64,000 nucleotides of DNA from the NCBI GenBank assembly GCA_964016885.1, contig OZ024747.1:93186001-93250000 (forward strand), in the 5' to 3' direction. Positions 56,567 to 64,000 of the stretch are shown here, one piece after another. Position 1 is the stretch's first letter. Every line of letters starts with the position of its first letter. Both the position numbers and the translations under genes were made by a program. The notes under the pieces were generated by a model, which saw only the letters and a list, made by a program, of their open reading frames with translations, made no database searches and had not been told where the DNA came from. Source of the DNA: Eledone cirrhosa (taxonomy: Eukaryota).

Positions 56567-57434
56567 TAACTGTATAACGGTATAGCAGAAAATACCTAAA
56601 GATGGGTGTTAATTCAGGTTTATAGTATCTTTGCTAGTGGATAAATCATTGTGAAAATTTGCAGCAAATTAAAATAAAGACTTTAATTTTTAATGTGATG
56701 CAACCATAGAGCTGTTTCATACTTTTCAAAAATGTCCTGCTAATGTGGTTTCATACAGCACAGTATGTTTTAACAGTTAATGTGTCCTCTCTTTTAAATA
56801 CAGTTAATTGTGATCGGAAAATCATTTCACAATTTCTAGCAGGTTCAGCAAACACATAGCAGTCTTTTGTAGGCTTAGGAGATCTAACTTGAACTTAGGA
56901 CACTATATGTTGTTTGACTTGCTAGAAATAGCAATCATATCTCCCCCAAATCACACCCTATTGTCTTAAAAAAAGAAAGGACATATTGGATAATGTTATG
57001 TATATAGAAAAAGATGGGATGGTCTAGGCTGGAAGACTTTTCATCATAAATCTGTTGAGCCAAGACTAATCTGATGTTAAACAAGTTTCCTCCCAACCAA
57101 TCAATGAGTCACCATATCTAGAGCTGGCCGGAAATCAAGATAAAAAGACTTAATGGAGTTAAAATTTAGTTTGAATTGTTGCATGTTAGCAAGTGATGGA
57201 GACAGTGACACATGCACTCAAAATGGGGCCCAGTAGGAATGCAATAGTTAAATGAAAGAACAGTAGCTATCGACACTGTTTTTTATTGGATAGGTTTGGG
57301 GCTGCACTCATGGCCCTTGATTGGAAGATGACTAAGATTAGAAAGTTGATACTGAATTTGAATTGTTTAACCCTCTTGTTACCATATTTCTGCTGAAAGA
57401 CACTACCTATGATTTTCAAATTAATTTAAAAAAT

Positions 57435-57885
57435 AATCTTCAATTGGTATTTGTGCCAACCCTTACCTATGGTCAAGAATCTTGGGTAATGACTGAAAGA
57501 ATACAACCATGAATGCAAGTTGCCAAAATGGGGTTCTTCATTCTTTGGAGTGATGTTACTCGATAGAGTGCATAACTCAAAGATCAAAGAGTCGCTACTT
57601 CTCCAAATTGAGAGATCACAGCTCCGATACTATGGACATGTGGTTAGAAGGTCTCAGGAAAGCATCGTTGGACAGATTTTACAGGCAAAAACCAACTGTC
57701 AGGAGATGAAGAGGTAAACCCTGAGCAAGATGATTGAATAACAACCATAAACTCGGTTGGTCCTGCTTGAGGATCCAGCCAGATCAATTGAAGATGGCTG
57801 CTTCTAACAGGACCTGTTGGAAAGCATGCTTGAGGACTGCCCGCATGACACTCCCAAGAAGAAAAACAAAGGAGAAGGAGAAGAA
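57435..57885 (+). mobile_element. RTE-clade LINE 3' fragment nested in a family-B MITE
   Basis: FVPTLTYGQESWVMT...LLLQIERSQLRYYGHVVR, degenerate, with a (GAAG)n-like tail. Confidence 0.8.
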
Positions 57886-59111
57886 TTAACCCTCATTATT
57901 AAGTCGGTGTTTGTAGTATAACTTAACAAAGCGTCTTACATAAAATTAGAGTGAAAGGAATTTAGATAAATATAAACGCTTTAAAATATACAGCAGAGTA
58001 TCATAGACTCAAGAGTGATTTTATGCAGTTTAGTTTCAAAAAGCATTAATATTAATAATTGGAGAAATAACCACTTTGATAGGATAGGTGTTTTAAAGAG
58101 AAAGGATCAAGCAAATGGATATTATGGGATCATCAATGTGAGGTAGTGAGAGCTATGGGAAGAAGAGACGGGAGTGCAATCATTGGGTTTAGATGGGAGT
58201 TGTATAATGTTACCAAGTTCAGAGAAGCATGAAGTGCAGCAGTAGTAGTATCAGTAAAACAGACTGAAAACTTCTTAATACACTCATAGTTGAGAGTGTA
58301 AGTAAAGATGTTATTGAATCTCAGGTCAGTCCTGATCAAGCAAACTTATCATACCAGCCATGAATATCCTATCTTTTACTCAGAGAATACATCTAATACA
58401 TTATCCAAAATATCCTACCCCTTTCAAAGGTGGTGAATTAGCAGAGTTGTTAGAGCATTAGACTAAATGCTTCACAATATTTGTTTCAGTTCTCTAAGTT
58501 CAAATCCCACTGAGATCAACTTCACCTTTCGTCCATTCAGGGTCATTAAATAAAGTACCAGTCCATGGTGGTAGGTTAGCAGAAATGTTAGAGTGCCTCA
58601 CATGATACCTTGTGGTATATCCTTTGGCCCTTTGTGATCTAAGCTCACCTGGAATGTCACTGGTGCCAAACAGTATTGGTTATTATCTTTCCTTTTGTCA
58701 ACACTGGTGGCATGGAGAAGGAAGACTTGCATACATGGACAACTGCTGTCTTGAGATATGCATTGAAAAGGAACTTTCCAGGTGCTGATCTCTGGTCTTA
58801 TAAGATATACAAAGACCATAGAAAGAGTATGATTTGAGAAAAATCTGGCTGCTATTTCTATTAGATCAAGTGATCACTTAGAAACTCCTTGATTGGCTTC
58901 AGTAAAATTAATTTAAGTAAGTAAACAGATTTTTATTGTGTACAGTCTTGTACAGTGATAAATACGTTAGGTGTCCTATCACAGGTTTGTAAGCAATGTT
59001 CATTGAATTGCAAAGGATGAAAAAAAATTTGTTAAGCCTTTTCCCTGAAATCAAAACTCAACCTTTTGTATGTGTGCACATAATTTTGAACATGTTTCTG
59101 AAACTACTTAC

Positions 59112-59213
59112 ATATAATGTTCGAACTCTATGATTCCGACTGGCACGTGGATCCAAGTAAGTTCGGAGTTTGTTAAGGTAGACATTAGGGGGATCCTTAG
59201 CGTGGACTCTTTC
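59112..59213 (-). CDS. FMNL: Formin-like (FMNL/Frl) exon, GBD N-terminal part (first exon visible in window)
   Basis: ttgcag|GAA...TAT|gtaagt; 102 nt, phase 0-0; [34 protein letters not shown] resembles FMNL ERFQVKNPPHTYIQKL..LDP. A possible alternative donor would end the exon at 59127. Confidence 0.9.
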
Positions 59214-60813
59214 CTGCAAAATAGGAAAAAATAAGGTTTTTAAAAAAACAGTTCAAAATGTTATAAAAAAAGAAAACTTTGATATTTCATTTAAATTGAG
59301 AATTACAATTTATTTCAGAGACCAACTACAGCTTTTCAATCTAGCATCCGAGATATTATCTTAAAAGGTTAAAAATCAAAAACATTTAGTAAGAAAATGC
59401 ATGATAGAGAGAGGCAGACAGACACACAGACAGACAGAAAAGCATGCTGTAGACATTGTGTGTGTGTGGGGGGGGGGGGCAATGTGGCTGATGTTCAGCT
59501 TGAACTTTAGTAGGTTGGTCGCTCTAGAGAACAAAATAGAAGAGATGAGGTACTAATGAAGGATGCTCTGAATGGCCATTTGATCGACTAAAAATAGCAG
59601 TCCAATATCCTACATATCTTATAACAATACTTCCTATTTAACTCTTAACACCCGTTTCACGTGAAACTGCATTAGCAAAACATTCTTGGAAATTAAAAAA
59701 ACGTCACTGTGACTTCATTTGAATTAACACACCTACATTTAGATAGTTTCTGGAAATCATTATAGGATGTTAAGTTATGGTAAAGTAATCGCGCGCGCGT
59801 GCGCGTGTGTGTGTGTTCATGCATGTGTACATGTTCATCAGCTCATTTCTGAGTTCCTGGTAGCTGTTAATATACTGAGGGCATTTTAGATTGACTTCAC
59901 TGAAAGTTTAAGTTTTAGGCCAGACTACAGTATTTAGGCCTAGAGAGGATTGGGCTCCATCAGGCTTTTAAAAATTCCCCCCAAATGACCAAGTATGCCA
60001 ATACAGTGCCCCTACGACCTCATCAGGAGTTACAGAATAAAGCAGGATAAAACAACAAAACCAAAAAACAATATGCGAAGAGAAAATTTGATTCGTTTTT
60101 CTATTAACATCAGAGTACTGGACATTTTCGTCGCTGAAGAGCTCTTGGTTAAATATTCTCATCAACTTCTACACTAAATTACTCATAATTAATAATCATG
60201 AAATACCACAAGTGCGGAATTTTTGTTCGACCAAGCTGCTTATTTCTCTCTGAAGTACAGCAATACTAAGACAGGCCATAGGATTAGTGGTATTTGTGTC
60301 ATGTTCATATAAAAAAATAATAATAAATAAAACATAATAAAAACAAAAACAGATGAATACACTAAACTAGTGAACTCATCAATCAACCATTTATTTACGT
60401 TTTATGTCTGTTGGGAGGAGGAGGGGGTGATGGTAGGGGAGGATAGATAGGCTCTACTGTAAAGTGACCCATTTCCTACTAGTTTACTTTGAGAGATTCA
60501 TGAAGTTATTACTTTTAGATCTTACATGGGGGTCATTTGGACTTTCAACCCTTTTGATACCAAACTACCTGAAACCCACCCTTCCCTCTACCATCCATTG
60601 TGTCTACTATACTAAACTGTTTATATTTATCTACAGACCTTCAATAATAATTTTATGTAAGAACCTTAGGTTTCAAACACTAGAAAAATAGTGATAAGTG
60701 TATAATAGTAAATACTTCAAAATACTTAATTATTTTCCAAATGATTTGAAAATCATAACCAGTGTATTTTATTATAAATGTGATGGCAAAAATGTTGATC
60801 TTCAAATGATTAA

Positions 60814-61031
60814 CCCTTTAGCATTTACATTACTCTATATATACTATTGCATTTTCACGGTAAACACTTTACCTCACATAATTATCTCGCATAATATAGA
60901 ATCTATGAGATTTTGATATTTATTTTGAGAACAATACCTTACCGTCAGTATGAGTGCCTGGTTACGACCAGTTTGAACAGAAGGAGGTGAGAGAGTTCTG
61001 GCCAGATATGGCCAGTTTCAATGCTAAAGGG
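60814..61031 (+). mobile_element. piggyBac-type MITE family A
   Basis: TTAA|CCCTTTAGCATT...AATGCTAAAGGG|TTAA. Confidence 0.9.
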
Positions 61032-61435
61032 TTAATAAAATAATTACTAGATTATCATACTAGGAATAAGGTATTAATAGTACTTAATAACTTCAATTAA
61101 GTACCAGCAAAATAGAAGACAGTCTTTTCTGTTACATCTGATTGGATGTATTAACTAGCATTGATCCAATTTTTTAAAAATCAAATTCTTTCAAAATCTT
61201 TTAGTCCAGAAAAAGGTTCCGTCCGTGTGTGTGGTGTGTGGTGTGTGGTGTGTGGTGTGTGTGGTGTGTGTGTGTGTGTGTAAGTGTGTGTGTGTAAGTG
61301 TGTAAGTAAAATAGAAAATGTCAGACTATGATGTTTATTTTGCTGCTTCTTGAATATATTCAAGTCTGTAAATGAAACAAATACCTTGAATACCTTTATT
61401 TTTCATATTGATTTGTCCACTAACATTTGAATTAA

Positions 61436-61732
61436 CCCTTCTGTTATAAACCCAGCTCTGGTTCTATGAGATAAAACCACCCATTTTTAAGGTTTCCAAT
61501 TTAAATTTAAATCTTCCAACATAATTTGATATAAGAATCTTACATTAAGTTACTATCTTAGTAATGAAATAATAATTTTAGTAAATGCCTAAAAATGTTC
61601 ATTAATTAATTAAAACCGAGGTCAACAAAATAAAGTACCAGTAATGCACTGGGATAATAGCTGGCCTTGTGCCAAAAGTAGAAACAATTAATTAAAATAG
61701 AGTGTATTTCATTAGAAATAGTCATGGAAGGG
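61436..61732 (+). mobile_element. Older TTAA-flanked MITE, family B (other copies ~4240-4482, 15240-15480, 17972-18226, 19405-19632, 54930-55128, 60548-60795; reverse copies at ~26424 and 57371-58045)
   Basis: TTAA|CCCTT...GAAGGG|TTAA; shared internal blocks ccatcataattttatgtaagaa, ccaaacaccag, aatcatagg..ttcattagaaatatggtaac; this copy contains a SINE fragment at ~61616-61690. Confidence 0.7.
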
Positions 61733-62304
61733 TTAACAAATTAGCTTTTAAATATTTAAAATTATTACATGATGTTAAGAGTTAATGTAATTCCAATGAG
61801 TAAAATTTGAATAGGCAAATATTTGTTTTTACTCATGCTTTACACTGATACACTTGACATGACATTTTCAGAAGTAGTTCACAAGATTCCTGGTGTGACG
61901 GTGAAAGATGTGGGACTCTCCTTACATCATAGAGTGGGGAGAATTAATTGATACACAAGATGTTTGCTGATAGTTCAAGAAGATTATCAGGTGAGATGAC
62001 AGTCACAGTGTATTATTAATTCAATTACTCATCCCCAGGAAACAGAATTGCATCACCTCTGCTCTAATCCTAAATCAATAGTAGATAACTCCCAACTAAA
62101 AGATTGAAAAATGCTCACGCATCCTATCTCTAAAACTTCAACTATAGAGCCCACATTTACATTCAATATAGGTAAAATAGGTTGAAACCAATATGTAGTC
62201 CCAAACAGTAATATACCCTTTATTAGGTATAGTAGATATTCTTCAGTCAACAACATCTTATTTTGTATTTGTTTTGTTGTATATAGTATAGGTATTAGTT
62301 TTAA

Positions 62305-62522
62305 CCCTTTAGCCTTTACATTACTCTATATTTACTAATGTATTTTCACAGTAAAGGTTTTATCTTACATAATTATCTCACATAATACTGAATCTATGAG
62401 ATTTTGATATTTATTTTGTGAAGAATACCGTAACATCAGTGTGAGTGGCCGGTTATAGCTGGTTTGAACAGAAAGAAGTGAAGGAATTGTGGCTGGTTAC
62501 GGCCAGTTTAAATGCTAAAAGG
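62305..62522 (+). mobile_element. piggyBac-type MITE family A
   Basis: TTAA|CCCTTTTAGCC...TAAATGCTAAAAGG; same internal sequence. Confidence 0.8.
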
Positions 62523-63059
62523 TTATGTGATGATAGATCCTCAGTTGGTTTCTAGGATGAACATTTAGTCCTTTGATCAACTAAACATCCAACTCTTGAA
62601 TTAACTACTAGATAGTTGAGTACAGTCACATGTACCCTTAACATAATTCACAGGCAGAATTAACATGACACAATATGTAACAAGGCTAGGCCATTGGAAT
62701 ACAAGTAAAATACATTCAATGGATTTTCATACTGTTTCCATCTAACCAATTTCATTCACAACGCTTGGTCCATCTTGAGGCTATGATAAAGACACTTGTT
62801 GAAGATGCCATGCAGTAGAATCAAACCTGGAACCTTATGATTGTGAAATGAAGTGTTTAACCACTCAGCCATGTCTGTATCTTAGGTTAATTTTAACATA
62901 CGCCTCCAAGTAATGAAATTAAACACCCAGTTATATCACTAGTGTTGCTGCTTATTTCTTAGTCTATATGCTAACTATTTTAAGAATAAGAAAAACATTG
63001 AAAGCCTAAATAAAGTTTTAGACTACACTATCTTAGAAAGATCTTCGCCCACTTATTCC

Positions 63060-63415
63060 TGAGAGGGACATGGGGGCAGAGTCCTCAAACACTCCTTCCA
63101 ATAGGTGCTGTCAGAAGCAACCTTCTCCATCTGATCTGGCTGGATCCCAAGCGTGACTAGCCAAGCTCATAGATGTTACCCGACTATCTTACTCGGGGTC
63201 TACCCCTGGGTCTCCTTCCAGTTGGTTTTGCCCGTAAAATCTGTCCAGTGATTCTTTCCTGTGACATTCTAACCACATGCCTATAGTATCAGAGTTGTGA
63301 TTTCTCAATTCGGAGAAGTAGAGGCTCTACCTGGAGTGACCCTCTCATCTCCGAACTACGCTCTTTATCGAGTAACGTTACTCCAAAGACCCTTCAGAGG
63401 AACCCCATTATAAAG
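63060..63415 (-). mobile_element. RTE-clade LINE 3' fragment, same family as 57435
   Basis: LLLRIEKSQL*YYRHVVRMSQERITGQILRAKPTGRRPRGRPRVR. Confidence 0.8.
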
Positions 63416-63917
63416 TAACAAATAAAACAAAAATTGCACAATTTCTCTTGAGTTTGATCGTCTGTTCAGTGAAAGTGAAGTGCAGCAGGGTTGTGGGGGA
63501 GGAGGAGAAGGGAAGTCAACCCTGCTAAGGCTCCTAGAATTCCTTTCTTCTGCAGTTGGATCAACAAACATGATTTTCTGTTACTTAAAAATAAACATTA
63601 GCTTTATGTCCAGACAATAGTTGTCGATTCTTTCCCCGAGACATTCTAATCACATGCCCATAGTATCAGAGCTGTTATAACCACAAAACCAAAAACTCTG
63701 AACTTAGTATTGGTATTAACTTCAGTGTGGCCTTAACTATTCAAAACAATGTTTTGCAAATTTATGCAAATATATACAAATATGTAATTCATTGAGTAGT
63801 AAACACTCTGGGAATACAACATAATTAGCAATAATTTAAGCTGACTTTTGAAACTACAGTGAAAATAATTTCAATGTAAAATTTAGGTTGAATTTTCAAA
63901 CTATTTCTAGCTCCCAT

Positions 63918-64000
63918 GGAGGCACATGGCTTAGTGGTTAGAGCATTGGCCTTGCAATCGAAAGGTTGTGAGTTCAATTCTCAGACCGGGTGATGTGTTG
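63918..64000 (+). mobile_element. Family-1 SINE head (runs off the window)
   Basis: Near-identical to 3397-3480. Confidence 0.85.

Noticed and set aside
60015-60175. CTGATGA/CTGAAGA hammerhead-like words; also at ~6419 and ~32891
   Set aside because: No compatible stem II + GAAA + stem I arrangement could be built
59214-64000. FMNL first exons (myristoylation MG start; MxLPPDK...KKWxxICDQ)
   Set aside because: No matching sequence found on the minus strand; presumably beyond 64000

Overview
AT-rich, repeat-dense animal genomic DNA. The SINE/MITE content suggests a coleoid cephalopod such as Octopus, which is an inference. The whole window lies inside one minus-strand gene, a formin-like protein (FMNL/Frl family). 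I could join 12 GT-AG exons from 59213 down to 8685 into one phase-consistent open frame of 1216 nt (~405 aa), covering the GBD/FH3 region and the following coiled coil. The first exons and the FH1/FH2 exons lie outside the window. The introns hold tRNA-derived SINEs, two families of TTAA-specific (piggyBac-type) MITEs, CR1 and RTE LINE 3' ends, a decayed full-length DD37D/maT transposon, a MULE fragment, a small Helitron-like element and several mini/microsatellites. The long ORFs in the supplied track are simple-repeat artefacts. Best leads: (1) a ~410-bp fold-back at 5035-5446 with a minimal hammerhead-ribozyme motif on each strand, probably Penelope-like; (2) a frame-preserving 120-nt cassette exon candidate at 7136-7255, plus an alternative donor and a 12-nt microexon candidate in the GBD; (3) a MITE flanked by a ~113-bp TTAA-to-TTAA duplication; (4) inverted repeat pairs bracketing exons. 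There are no prokaryotic features and no CRISPR array. Repeat boundaries are approximate unless TIRs/TSDs are quoted.
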